Origin: Eledone cirrhosa
Lineage: Eukaryota
Length of the DNA: 64,000 bases
Assembly: GCA_964016885.1 (NCBI GenBank)
Contig: OZ024759.1
Location: 27,466,001-27,530,000, forward strand
Direction: 5' to 3'
Both the position numbers and the translations under genes were made by a program. The notes below the pieces were generated by a model, which worked only from the letters and a program-made list of their open reading frames with translations, was not told where the DNA came from and did not search any database. This document shows positions 23,910 to 38,257 of this stretch, one piece after another (positions within the stretch are counted from its first letter, which is position 1; each line of letters opens with the position of its first letter).

Positions 23910-24522
23910 AAAAGGGACATCAGTTGTAAATGAAGCAGAGAAAATAGCCTCAGGGATAGAAAACTAAGCCTCTAATCAGGACTTTCCCTCAAAAGGGACA
24001 TCAATTGTAAATGAAGCAGAGAAAATAGCCTCAGGGATAGAAAACTAAGCCTCTAATCAGGACTTTCCCTCAAAAGGGACATCAATTGTAAATGAAGCAG
24101 AGAAAATAGCCTCTGGGATTGAAAACTAAGCCTCTAATCAGGACTTTCCCTCAAAAGGGACATCAATTGTAAATGAAGCAGAGGAAATAGCCTCAGGGAT
24201 TGAAAACTAAGACACTGATCAGGACTTTCCCTCAAAAGGGATATCAGCTGTTAATGAAGCAGAGAAAATAGCCTCTGGGAGAGAAACTAAGCCTCTAATC
24301 AGGACTTTCCCTCAAAAGGGACATCAGCTGTTAATGAAGCAGAGAAATCAGGAATTTCCTTCAAAAGGGACATCAACTGTCAATGAAGTGGAGAAAATAG
24401 CCTCTGGGATTGAAAACAAAACCTCTAATCAGGACTTTCCCTCAAAAGAGACATCAGCTGTAAATGAAGTGGAGAATGTTGCCACTGGGATTAGAAACTA
24501 AGGTTCTAATCAGGACTTTCCC
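23910..24522. repeat. About 81-bp tandem repeat, 7-8 units
   Basis: AAAGGGACATCAATTGTAAATGAAGCAGAGAAAATAGCCTCAGGGATAGAAAACTAAGCCTCTAATCAGGACTTTCCCTC repeated. Confidence 0.93.
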
Positions 24523-24742
24523 CAGATGTTTTAATACTGGGTGGTATGAGTGGTAGAGTAGTAATTACGAAGTCTGAAGACCTCTGGATTGCTATGTGTA
24601 CCTTTCCACATATGTCTTCTCACCTGGTAATCAGATTTCAGATCAGCAGGTGGTGGTGGTGGGGGGGGGGGGGGGGGAATGAAAGTAACTGGATCGAAAA
24701 ATATTCATGTGGAATGTGTGTGTGTATATATATGTATGTATT

Positions 24743-24775
<33 letters not shown>

Positions 24776-25081
24776 ATGTGTGTGTGTGTATGTATGTATG
24801 TATGTCTATGGATGATTTTGTATGTACATACATATAAACCTATATATATATATATATGTATATTTATATGTATGTGTGTGTGCGTGTATATATGTATACA
24901 TATATATGTATGTATGTATATTTGTATGTATATATGTGTGTGTGTATATATATATATATATATACAACATGCATAAACATAAGTGTGTGAGTGTGAATAG
25001 GTAAGTATGTGTGTGTGTGCGTGTATATATGTATACATATATATATGTATGTATGTATGTATGTATATTTGTATGTATATA

Positions 25082-25113
<32 letters not shown>

Positions 25114-25340
25114 CAACATGCATAAACATAAGTGTGTGAGTGTGAATAGGTAAGTATGTGTGTATATAGACTAGTGTGACTGAAAACAAAAAAATACCAG
25201 CAAGAAGGGAGACAGTAATTTGTTATAAGTAGCACTTTTAAATACATACGTACATATATATATATATACACATACATACACTTATATATATATACACATA
25301 TATATACATACATTCATTCATATATATATACATACATATA

Positions 25341-25380
<40 letters not shown>

Positions 25381-25418
25381 CATACATATATATATACATA
25401 CATATATACATACATATA

Positions 25419-25459
<41 letters not shown>

Positions 25460-25894
25460 ACATACATATATATATATACGTACATACACATACATAGAAA
25501 CACTACACATACACACAAACATATATTAGATGTTTCAGCCCCCCCCCCTCACAGTAAGCGAGACCATAGGGAGAGAGGGACGACCCATAGTAACTTAGTA
25601 GTAAAATAGTACTAAAATACTATCTAAACTAAGGAAGACTGTTGTTAAAAGTACATTAATAGATCTTTCAAGAAATTCTGTCACCTGATACAAACAGCTT
25701 GCCATTACCTGTATAAGGGTAGAACCTGTATAAAGGTAGACCTTTACCTGTATAAAGTGAGACCTTTACCTGTATAAAGGGAGACCTATATCTAGGGCAG
25801 GTAAAATTTCCGAGATCCATAGACAAGTTCTCTCCAGCGGGCTCTGTCCCTCATTATCGCTGCCATGTCCTGTCCTTCAACATATGTTAACCTG

Positions 25895-26078
25895 CATGGA
25901 CACACTGCATGCCACAGCTTGAGATCGGTGTGGAAGTCGGACCTTCATAAAGACCTGAAGATCCGTCTCTTCATTGCTGTAGGGGAGTCTGTGCTGCTGT
26001 ATGGGTCTGAGGCTTGGACACAGACCATGAAACTCACTCAGATGGTGGATGGCTGCTACACGAGAATGTTGAGGGAGA
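25895..26078 (+). mobile_element. RTE-like RT thumb-region fragment embedded in a 22-23-bp minisatellite
   Basis: LRSVWKSDLHKDLKIRLFIAVGESVLLYGSEAWT...VDGCYTRMLR. Confidence 0.8.
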
Positions 26079-27573
26079 CTTCTTACCTGTATAAAGGTAG
26101 ACTTCTTACCTGTATAAAGAGATACCTTTATCTGTAAAAAGGTAGACTTTTTATCTGTATGAAGGTACACTTTTACCTGTATAAAGGTACACTTTCACCT
26201 GTATAAAGGTACACCTTTTATCTGTATAGACTCAGTCCAGGAATCGAACCCACAACATTATGGTCGTAAGTCAATACTCTTACCACTAGGCCACTATTAC
26301 TATTTATTGTTATCCAAGCATCTTGCTCAGGATCTACCCCTGGGTCTCCTGCCAGTTGGTTTTGCCCTTAAAATCTGTCCAGCAATTCTTTCCTGAGACA
26401 TTCTAATTACATGCCTGAAGTATCGGAGCTGTGATCTCTTAATTCAGATAAATAGCGTCTCTACCTGGAGTGACTCCTGTGATTCTTTCCTAAGACATTC
26501 TAATCACATGCCTATAATATCAGAGCTGTGATCTCTCAATTCAGAGAAGTAGCGTCTCTACCTGGAGTGACTCCTGTGATTCTTTCCTGAGACATTCTAA
26601 CTACATGTCTGAAGTATCGGAGCTGTGATCTCTCAATTCAGTGAAGTAGCATCTCTCCTTGGAGTGACTCCCTGACCTCTTCTCTCCTGTGACATTCTAA
26701 CCACATGCGCATAGTATCGGAGCTGTGATTTTTCAATTCTAAGAAGCAGTGGCTCTACCAGGAGTGACTCTCTGACCCCTGAGATACGCACTCTATCAAG
26801 TTACATTACTCCAAATAGCCTTCAGCAGAACCACTCTTTTGTAATATTTACTTACTTGATGCTGCGGTCAAAAGAAACTGATAGCTTAAATAGATTTTTT
26901 TGAAAATAATCCATTTATGGTGATACTCAGGTGGTATGAATCAGCAATAGTACTAACACAGTGTGATTCATACTCGAGGCTTACAGTGTACGTTGTATTT
27001 AGTATACAGAACACTGATCTGAGGTATTTTCTCTCAGCTGTATTGTGTAATACTACTGGTTCACATGTCATCACCACAACACCATCATCTCAGCCACCAT
27101 CAGTACAACCCTCCAACACCACCATCCACACCATTACAACCTCCACAACCACCACCACCACCACCACCATCATTATCTTCACAACACCACCACCACCTCT
27201 ATCACTATTACAACTTCCTCACCTTTACTCTCTAACTGTTACTTCCACCTAGATATGGTGGTGGTGGTAGTGGTGGTGGTAGTGGTAGTGGTGGTGGTGG
27301 TAGTGGTGGTGGTGATGGTGGTAGTGGTTGTGGTGACGGTGGTGATGGTGGTGATGGTGGTAGTGGTTGTGGTGATGGTGTTGGTGGTGATGGTGGTGAT
27401 GGCTGTGATGGTGGTGGTAGTGATTTAGGGGCTGGATGGATTTACTAGCAACAGCATGTAGGGAGGGGATGTTTTTTGTGTGTTTATATATAAAAATATG
27501 TATACACCCATACCTACATAATATATATATATAATATATAAAATGCATGTATATATATATATATATAAAATGC

Positions 27574-27634
<61 letters not shown>

Positions 27635-28114
27635 CCATGTATATATATCAAATGCATGTATATATATCAAATGCATGTATATATATCAAATGCATGTATA
27701 TATATCAAATGCATGTATATATATCAAATGCATGTATATATACACATGCATTTTCACACACACACACATACACACAGTAACATCACCACTGCCACCACTA
27801 ATCCATCACCATCATCACTTCACCTTTCAGCCCCACAACTACCCCCCTCTGTCACCCCCCCCCCCCCAACTACCCCCCCCTCTCCATCCCTCCCATTCCA
27901 CCCCCACAACTGCCATCCTCTCCCCCACCCCACACCACAACTACTCTCCCCGCCACCCCACAACTACCCCTCCTCATGCTATCATCACCATTACACAGCA
28001 CCCAGTGGCAGTCTGTTACTTCTAAATTCCTTGTAGCACCTCATTTAACAACACTTCCTACTTACTCCACACCCACAAAGATCCTCCCATGTCCCCCTCT
28101 CAGTATATCTATCT

Positions 28115-28164
<50 letters not shown>

Positions 28165-28374
28165 ACGAAGGAGTTGTGGTAAGGATCCAGATGGACCATA
28201 ACGCACCAGAGTACTCAATACTTAGGGTAGTAGAGTGGTAAATAGGAAAATGTATGACCCCCGACAGCAGAGCTCTATATATATATATAAATATATATAT
28301 ATAAATATATATAGAGAGAGAGAAAGAGAGAGTATGTATATATATTTATATATATATATATATATATGTGTATG

Positions 28375-28410
<36 letters not shown>

Positions 28411-28424
28411 TGTATGTATGTATG

Positions 28425-28455
<31 letters not shown>

Positions 28456-29159
28456 AAAAGGTGAGAGAGAGAGACAGACAGATGTAGTTACAGATATCTA
28501 CTTATCTATCTATCTATCTATCTCTCTATCTCTCTATATATATATGTATGTGTGTGTGTCACTATATATGTCACTATATGTGTCTGTCTGTCTAAATATC
28601 TCACCATTAGTGTTTTCTTTACTAGTTCACCCCAGTACTAACCCTTTCAAGTTCAGCTAGCCACAGTCCCCACCCCTTCCTCACAGTAACTCTAGTGTCA
28701 ATGAACAGTTAAATCTTCCACCACAACTAAGTCATTTGGAAAAAGGAATCCTTAGAGCAAATATCATTTTACTTTACACGCATACACATATATACATATA
28801 TTTATACATAGATACATACATTTATACATACATTTATACATATATACATACATTTATACATATATACATACATTTATACATAGATACATACATATATACA
28901 TACATTTATACATATATACATACATTTATACATATATACATATATACATACACACATATATACATAGATACATACATAGATACATACATATACACATGCA
29001 TACACACATACATATATACATACACAGACTTATACATGCATACAGATACATACACACACACATACATACACACAAATACATATACATGTATACACATACA
29101 AACAGACATACACACATTATATATGCATGCAAATGTATGCAAATATGTATGTATGGACC

Positions 29160-29316
29160 CAGCAGTCAGCAGCCAGTAGTCCAAGAAAACATTTTAGTGG
29201 GTCCGCATAAAAATTTAAATGTATTGATCTTTTTAAAAAAATTCATATTAGTGGTCCGCGGGATTTAAAATTATGAATTTAGAGGTCTGTGATGTCCGAA
29301 AGGTTGGCGACCGCTG
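29160..29316. mobile_element. hAT-type MITE (older)
   Basis: Imperfect TIR CAGCAGTCAGCAGCC / GGTTGGCGACCGCTG with 8-bp TSD TATGGACC/TATGGGCC. Confidence 0.7.
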
Positions 29317-29544
29317 TATGGGCCTGTCATTTCTGAGGGGCCGTATGAGCACCAACATGACATACAGTGTGTCTTAGAGGAGACCATCTCCTCTCCAGGT
29401 CTGAACAGTATTGAATTCTTCCAGAGAAGGAGAGAGAGATGAAAAGGAACTGGATTGAACTTTTTTTTTTTATTAATCTTAGAAGGGTGAAAAGCATAGT
29501 TGATTGCAAAGGAATTTGAATTCAACCCATGCAAGCTTGGAAAA

Positions 29545-30860
29545 ACAGAGTGGACCAGGTGCTTTTTTATTATGGCGCCAGGTGCTTTTTAATGTGGCAC
29601 CAGCACTACCACTAAACAGAGTGGACCAGGTCTTTTTTTATTATGGCACCAGCACTACCACTATACAGAGTGGACCAGGTCCTTTTTAATGTGGCACCAG
29701 CACTACCACTATACAGAGTGGACCAGGTGCTTTTTAATGTGGCACCAGCAATACCACTATACAAAGTGGACCAGGTCCTTTTTAATGTGGCACCAGCAAT
29801 ACCACTATACAGAGTGGACCAGGTCCTTTTTAATGTGGCACCAGCAATACCACTAAACAGAGTGGATCAGGTCCTTTTTAATGTGGCACCAGCACTACCA
29901 CTATACAGAGTGGACCAGGTCCTTTTTAATGTGGCACCAGCAATACCACTAAACAGAATAGACCAGGTCCTTTTTAATGTGGCACCAGCAATACCACTAT
30001 ACAAAGTGGACCAGGTCCTTTTTAATGTGGCACCAGCAATACCACTAAACAGAGTGGACCAGGTCCTTTTTAATGTGGCACCAGCAATACTACTATACAG
30101 AGTGGACCAGGTCCTTTTTAATGTGGCACCAGCAATACCACTAAACAGAGTGGACCAGGTCCTTTTTAATGTGGCACCAGCACTACCACTATACAGAGTG
30201 GACCAGGTGCTTTTTAATGTGGCACCAGCACTACCACTAAACAGAGTGGACCAGGTCCTTTTTAATGTGGCACCAGCACTACCACTATACAGAGTGGACC
30301 AGGTCCTTTTTAATGTGGCACCAGCACTACCACTAAACAGAGTGGACCAGGTCCTTTTTAATGTGGCACCAGCACTACCACTAAACAGAGTGGACCAGGT
30401 CCTTTTTAATGTGGCACCAGCACTACCACTAAACAGAGTGGACCAGGTCCTTTTTAATGTGGCACCAGCACTACCACTAAACAGAGTGGACCAGGTCCTT
30501 TTTAATGTGGCACCAGCACTACCACTATACAGAGTGGACCAGGTCCTTTTTAATGTAGCACCAGCACTACCACTAAACAGAATAGACCAGGTGCTTTTTA
30601 ATGTGGCACCAGCACTACCACTAAACAGAGTAGACCAGGTCCTTTTTAATGTGGCACCAGCACTACCACTAAACAGAGTGGACCAGGTCCTTTTTAATGT
30701 GGCACCAGCACTACCATTATACAGAGTGGACCAGGTCCTTTTTAATGTAGCACCAGCAATAACACTTTACAGAGTGAACTAGGTGTTTTTTTTTATTATG
30801 GCGCCAACACTACCACTATACAGAGTGGACCTGGTGCTTCTCAATGTGACACCAGCAAGA
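29545..30860. repeat. 48-bp minisatellite, about 27 units (source of the 379-aa repetitive ORF)
   Basis: Unit GTGGCACCAGCACTACCACTATACAGAGTGGACCAGGTCCTTTTTAAT; reverse complement of the 4-5.5 kb family. Confidence 0.96.
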
Positions 30861-31963
30861 CTACAGGCATTAATATTTATATTAAGCAGGATTCTACTCC
30901 TTCAATACACCCACTACACATTTCATTGTGGCGTTGAGTACTACATTGATTTGTGGTCTTCTTCACCATCTTCACACCATAGACACTCTATTCAGAAATT
31001 AATAGTAGCTATCAGGTTTATTTACTTTACTTTTACTTCTCTGCCTTTTCTTGAGGAAGCGGAGGAAGTGGACTGTATATGATGCAGGTGGGACTGGAGT
31101 GTAATGTGACCCTTGAAGTAGGGGTATCTATTTTAGCCCCCACATAAAGACTGCAGAGCCTTCAAGTCTTCATCTTGCCCAAAAGCTAAAGATTTATTGA
31201 AGAAAGTAGGGTAGACACTCCCCGCCCCTCCTTCTCTAATGATTATTAGAGAAAGTGAGGAGAAGGGGGTAAGATTTGAAACTACACCTAACTACATCAT
31301 ATCTACACCACATACACTAAACCACACATCAACCACCCCACCAACATCACACTACACTGCACCACATCTATCATGCTACACTACACCACATTACACCACA
31401 AAAAAAACAAATCAGCACCACACCGCACCACACCACACCACACCACACCACACCACACATCTGACCTCTACACACAAACCACATCTACCACACTACACAA
31501 CACCACACATATACACAAGATCTTCACCCCACACACAACCACACATATACATATGTAGTTATATATATATATATATATAGTAAAAGAATGGAGAATAACA
31601 TGGTCGGCTGTACAAAAAGGGTTTATATATATATATATATATATGAATATATACATATATGTATGTGTATATAATATAAATATACATACACACACATATC
31701 TACCACACACACACATATCTACCACCCACACCCAGTGAACCGGGGGTGGGGGGGTGGGGGGTGATGGGAATATTTGCTCAGATTTTATACCAAATGATGC
31801 TTTTGTCATTGTCTATTTATGCATGTATGTATGTATGTATGTATGTATGTATGTATGTATGTATGTATGTATGTATGTGAGTGTGTGTATGTATGTATGT
31901 ATAGTTATATGTGGGTATGTATACATATGTGTGTATGCATGTAAGTATGTAAATAAGTGTTTG

Positions 31964-32026
<63 letters not shown>

Positions 32027-32268
32027 CACACAGACACGCATACACATACATGTGTGTATGTCTGCATATTTATATGTCAGCAGGGGGGGAATATATAAAC
32101 TATCGCATGTATACATGTATATATGTATGTATATATACATGTATGTATATATACATGTATTTATGTATACATGTATGTATATATGTATTATTGCATCTAT
32201 ACATGCATATATGTATATGCATGTATATATATATATGTATGTATGTATATATGTATATATGTATGTAT

Positions 32269-32306
<38 letters not shown>

Positions 32307-32338
32307 GTATATATGCATGTATGTATATATGTATGTAT

Positions 32339-32376
<38 letters not shown>

Positions 32377-32606
32377 GTATGATAATAGGCAGGATGTGTG
32401 CATGAAGATCTATGTGTATTTATATAGCTGGGTGTATTGTACACAATATGATTCTCCTCCCCCAATACACATTTATACATATGTATGTATAAACACATGT
32501 ACATTAATGCCAACTCACATTACATTACAAATATATATATGTATATACATATATGTGTATATATTTATATATATATATATATGTATGTATGTATGCATGT
32601 GTATGC

Positions 32607-32680
<74 letters not shown>

Positions 32681-32909
32681 GTATATATATATATGTATGT
32701 ATGTGTATATATATATATATCTATGTATGTGTATGTATATATATATATATGTATGTATGTGTATATATATATATCTATGTATGTGTATGTATATATATAT
32801 ATATGTATGTATGTGTATATATATATATCTATGTATGTGTATGTATATATATATATGTATGTATGTGTATATATATATATATATGTATGTATGTGTATAT
32901 ATATGTATG

Positions 32910-32973
<64 letters not shown>

Positions 32974-32992
32974 TATATATGCATATACATAC

Positions 32993-33023
<31 letters not shown>

Positions 33024-34223
33024 TATATAAGAAAACATTACAGTAATACAACAGGAGGAAGCAATAATATCACTAATGATGTCACAGTTGTGTGATGAAA
33101 GAACTCTGAGAGACTATATATATATATATATTTTTTTTTTTAACTGTTTAACTGCCAGCTGAATTAATTACAGAAATATAAAATATACTGAAGCGAAAAC
33201 CAATCCAAACCAAACAGTGAGCATGTTTTACTATATATTTCTGACAATATTATAACAACATGACCCACCCCAAATATAACAATATCTGTTTCAACTCCCA
33301 ATTTCATATAAAAAACTTTACAAATCTATATATATATAGGAAAAGAGTCAGGACCCCGACAGTTGAGCTCCGGCTGTTTCGACAGCTAGATCTAAACTGT
33401 TTGGATCTAGCTGTCAAAATGGTTGAAGCTCAGCCGTCGGGGTCCTAATTCTTTTCCTATTATCCACTCTACTACCCTAAGTATCGAGTACTCTGGTGCA
33501 TTATGGTCCACCTGGTTCCTTACCACACTTTCTTTGTTATATATATGAAACGGGAGTAAGGTTCTATTCAAAACAGAGGTTATGGAGAAAAAAATTAGAA
33601 TTGGAAATAGAACGGAAAATCTATTTAAGGATCTGTTTTTCTTTTTTTCTATTTTGATTCGTCAAAGTGACATTATTGACATAATGAAACGATTTGAGTT
33701 CAAATCCCGCCGAGGTTGACTTTGCCTTTCATCTTTACGGGGTCGATAAAATAAAGTACCAGTAATACACTGGGTAATTGCTGGCCTTGTGCCTAAAGTA
33801 GAAACAATTATTGACATAATGAAAGGAACAATTCTATAAAAGAGTGCTTTTTGTGTTGATTTACGTTTAATTAATAGAAAAACCCCCGTGATAATAGAGC
33901 TTCCAATACTCAAGTTATAGGCTGCCAAAATTTTCACTATAGGAGGTTTAACCCCCATTAGGGTGTCTTAATATTATTGAAATTTGCTGAAATTTTTTGA
34001 TTAGGCATCATATCTTGTCATTTACCTATGGTGTAAATTTCATATAAATCAAAGGGAAAAAACTTTCAGCGGGGCTTTGTGCCCACGGAGGACCCTTTGA
34101 TTAAAATGAAATATACTTATCCAAGTACCCTGGGCAATGTAGTTTCAGAATATATATGCTTATGGGGTGTATCTTCAAAACCATAGGAGGAGTTCGTGAA
34201 CAAATAGACAGGAACTACAACTT

Positions 34224-34274
<51 letters not shown>

Positions 34275-35451
34275 CACGTGTATTTCTCTCTTTACCGTTA
34301 TAAAGAGCTTGGAATTTCTTCCTTGAGCTTATTCGATTATGAGGGAATATTGTGAGTTTTTAACTCAACATTTTAATTTGTTATATATATATGGTGGCTG
34401 CCAACTCGTTTTCGAGTACGGCCACTACTTTATATCCATGTAGGAGAACCCCTACTGATGCGCTGAACGAGTGTGACTTTTTAGTCCAGCCAGCGACTTG
34501 AAAGCTCTGGTACAAACACTACACTTGTGACAATTATTGACACATAGTGCTGGGCCCATGGTACCATGTGACGACAAATGCAGAGAGATCTCCAGATATA
34601 AAGCAATGCCTGTGCCGTGAAGCTTTTATAGTGAGCAAAGGCACTGCACAAAGCCAGTCCCACTCTCTTAACCAAGATGATATTTACCAAAAAGAAAAAC
34701 AAGTCAACATCATTGGATACCATCAGGGTTGCAGGTGTTATATCAGAGTTTTCCTTCTCCTAGAATTCTGCCTTGACAAAGGCTAAGGGGTCATCTCTCC
34801 CGGTGATTTTGGATGGCCATTGACTCTTAAGAGCTCCTTTGCCTTTTGACAGGTTTTATTTTTAGTCCTGCAGGATGTCCAAAGTCACCCTCCTCACCAA
34901 GAAACCTTGGTGGGGTTGCCAGTTTAGTCGCCAACGACCCGACCATGGGACAGGTTGTACTGGAATACATGTTACCAGTAGCACCAACTGGTGACCTGAC
35001 ATATTTGAGTTTTTAACTCAACATTTTAATTTGTTATATATATATATATATATATGTACACACACACACACATGTATATAACAATAATACTGTGAGTCAC
35101 AAGATTTCTCAAGAAGAGGACTGTTGTAATCTTAGGTTGTTTCCTGGGACTTTAGCCACAAAATTCCAAACAAAGAAATTGTTCAAACATCCTTTTGATT
35201 TTTATATATAAATTTCTTCATTTTTTTTTTGTTTGGGGTTGATGTTTTCCTTTCCATCCTGCCCCCCAGCCCACCACCACCACCACCACAAGCAGCAGCA
35301 CCAGCACCACCATCATCACCACCACCACCACCACCACCACATGATATAGACTGCAGATGCTGCAACTAACAGGGACTTGATAAGCAAAACACTTTTAAAC
35401 GAGATAAGGGAATATACTTTTTTAAATTAAGCAGAAAGAGCCTTGATTCTG

Positions 35452-35487
<36 letters not shown>

Positions 35488-35751
35488 AGTGTGTGTTTTT
35501 TTTTTGCATGTTAACATGTGCAAATATATGTATACATATATATATATATATACACACACATATATATATACATATATATACATAGATATATATATACATA
35601 TATACTTATATATATACATATATATATATACATATATACACACACATATATATATACATATACTTATATATATACATATATATATATACATATATACACA
35701 CACATATATATATACTTATATATATATATTTATACTTATATATATATATAG

Positions 35752-35798
<47 letters not shown>

Positions 35799-36160
35799 CA
35801 TATACATATACTTATATATATATATATACTTATATATATATATATATACATATACTTATATATATATATATACTTATATATATATACATATACTTATATA
35901 TATATATATATACTTATATATATATATATACATGTGGGTATGTGAGCGAGTGTGTCTGTGTGCATGCATGCACATGTATGAGATATATGTATGTGTGTGT
36001 GCATACATGTACATGTAAGACTGATATGTGTGTGTGTTTCCCAGCAAACAGTGCCTATATTGTTAAGCTCTCATCAGTCTGTTGGACTGAGGAAGGAAAT
36101 ATTGGTTGACTAATGAAGTCCAGCTTTCTTACTGATCAAATATCTACTACACGCACACAC

Positions 36161-36450
36161 ATCATCATCATCATCGTTTAACGTCCATGTTCCATGCTTG
36201 CATGGGTTTGGACGGGAGTTTTCCCACTTGAGGCAAGAGTGGTTGTCTTGCTCGCATAGGACTGTCTGGCGTGTTTTCTACAGCTGGATGCCCTTCCTAA
36301 CACCAACCACATTTACAGTGTGGGGCTGGGAGGTTTTTACCGTGTTGCCTACACGGCCACATTACAGCGTGGACTGTGTGTGTTTTTGTCGTGACACCTA
36401 CACGATCTCATTTGTTTCGGCCTGGGTGTTGTGGCACCAACATAACTTTA
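36161..36450 (-). mobile_element. SINE-like non-autonomous retroelement (family 3) with (GAT)n tail; copies at 22693-22810, 46675-46912, 49963-50245, 63168-63447
   Basis: Shared GTGGTTGGTGTTAGGAAGGGCATCCAGC...TGCCTCAAGTGGGAAAA...CCATGCAAGCATGGAA..TGGACGTTAAACGATGATG. Confidence 0.85.
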
Positions 36451-36967
36451 CATTGAAAGGGGCGGTGTGGATGGGGTGGGGATGGTGGGACAAAGAAATG
36501 CATATACATAGAGACACAGACACATATAGATATACATATACATACAAACATACATATGTACACATGCATACACAAACACACACATACACTCACCCATGTG
36601 CACAAACAGGCACCCACAACAACAGACACATACATACATACACAAATATATACACACAAACACACATATATATATATATTTGTGTGTATATATATATATG
36701 TGTGTGTGCGTGTGTGTGTGTGTATACATATATATTGTGTCCCAATGTGCACAGGGATTATTGGTATCGACCTTAAAATCTGAAACTGTAGTGATTTCCA
36801 GAGGTTGACTGAGAAGATGGGACTGTCCGTCTTTACTTTTGTTTCCACTGTCTTTGTCCTGTGTGCACCTAATTTTGAATGTATATATATCTATGGGCCT
36901 GTTATTTTTCTCTAAAAAGATTTTTTCTGATTCTACCCCACGTGTCCCTTCAATTTTTCTAATTTCT

Positions 36968-37277
36968 AAGTTGAAAGAGAAACTGTGTATAAGAGGGATA
37001 AGTTGTAGTGTGTGGGAGAGAAGACTGCGATGGTATGGACATGTGATGTATATGGAGGATGACCGATGGGTAAAGAAGTGCCAAGAAATCCCAGTAGAAG
37101 GAAGACGCAGCTGAGGTAAACCACGTAAAACATGGGCGAAGGTGATGAGAGCAGACCTCAGATCGCTGAAACTCACGGAGGAGATGACGAAGGACCGTGA
37201 TAACTGGAAAGATGCTGTGCTGAATAGGACCCGTCCAACCCTTGCAAGCAGGGAAAAGCGGACATATGATGATGATG

Positions 37278-37283
<6 letters not shown>
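36968..37283 (+). mobile_element. 3' fragment of the same RTE LINE family
   Basis: [37 protein letters not shown], with the same 3' UTR and (GAT)n tail as 48490-49145. Confidence 0.9.
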
Positions 37284-37314
<31 letters not shown>

Positions 37315-38036
37315 AGATGGTCCCCTAAATACGCACATGTATGTTTTCTTCCTCCCAAATTTTTTCTTATTTTCCCCGTTCCTTCCTCTCGTCACTCTTT
37401 ACTTTTTATTTATCTTCTATTTCTAATTCTATATTCTGATGAAGGACTAATGTCCAAAACCACCACTACATCTTTCCATCCCCCCACCCACCCCCAGTCA
37501 TTACTTCCTTGAAGATAATTTCTTGAGGGGGTGGTGGTTGTTATTTAGAGCCAGGGTGATCTAGGAGTGGGAAAAGGTGTGGCAATCTAGGTAGATTGAT
37601 GAGAGGTGAAGGAGAGTCTCTGTAGTGGTGGCGGTGGTGGGGTGGGACGGGGTGAGGGTGGAGTGTGGCGAAGGAGAGCGGCTGTGGTGGTGGTGGGGTG
37701 AAGGTAAGGATGGTGTGAGGGTTGGGTGAGGGTCGAGTGTGATGAGGTGGGGTGAGGGTGAAGATAAGGATGGTGTGAGGGCAGAGTGAGTGTGGAGTGT
37801 GATGAGGGAGAGTTGTTGTGGTGGTGGTGGGTGGGTGGGGGGACGATTGTGTGAGGGTGAGGATGGTGTGGTGGTGGTGGTGGTGGGTAATAAGTCCTAA
37901 AAGTAGTCAGTGTTGCAACACCCTACAATAACACACCACACCATTCACCATAGCGTGACAGTGAAAGTAGAGAAGAGCTATCAAATTTAGATTATTACAT
38001 TTAGAGAGGAAATGAGCTGTTATTAATATTAAATAT

Positions 38037-38257
38037 GGATGGTGGATTGGCAGAATTAGTAGAGTGTCGGACAACATGCTTTGTGGCATAGAGTTACGGG
38101 TCTTTACCTTCTGAGTTCAAATCCTCCAAGGTTAGTTTTACCTTTGCTCCTTACGGGGTCGATAAAATAAAGTACCAGTAATCTACTGGGTCAAGATAAT
38201 CAACTTTCCCCTTACCCCCAAATTGCTAGCCTTGTGCCTAAATTAGAAATCAATATT
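38037..38257 (+). mobile_element. Representative full-length tRNA-derived SINE (family 1; more than 20 copies or fragments in the window)
   Basis: A-box TGGCAGAATTAG, B-box GAGTTCAAATCC, central CCTTACGGGGTCGATAAAATAAAGTACCAG, 3' end GCCTTGTGCCTAAATTAGAAA + AT-rich tail. Confidence 0.88.

Noticed and set aside
26230-26295. tRNA gene on the minus strand (and similar heads at 23.5, 38.0 and 48.15 kb)
   Set aside because: A and B boxes are present, but the acceptor and anticodon stems do not pair; these are SINE heads.
26886-27077. Possible exon or LINE fragment (AERKYLRSVFCILNTT)
   Set aside because: Only a vague resemblance to non-LTR ORF2 C-termini; not enough to call.
31813-33095. Long Y/I/C/M/V- or H/T-rich ORFs (here and at 13.5, 24.7, 28.7, 35.5, 47.2 and 49.1 kb)
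   Set aside because: Translations of (TA)n/(CA)n/(TATG)n microsatellites.
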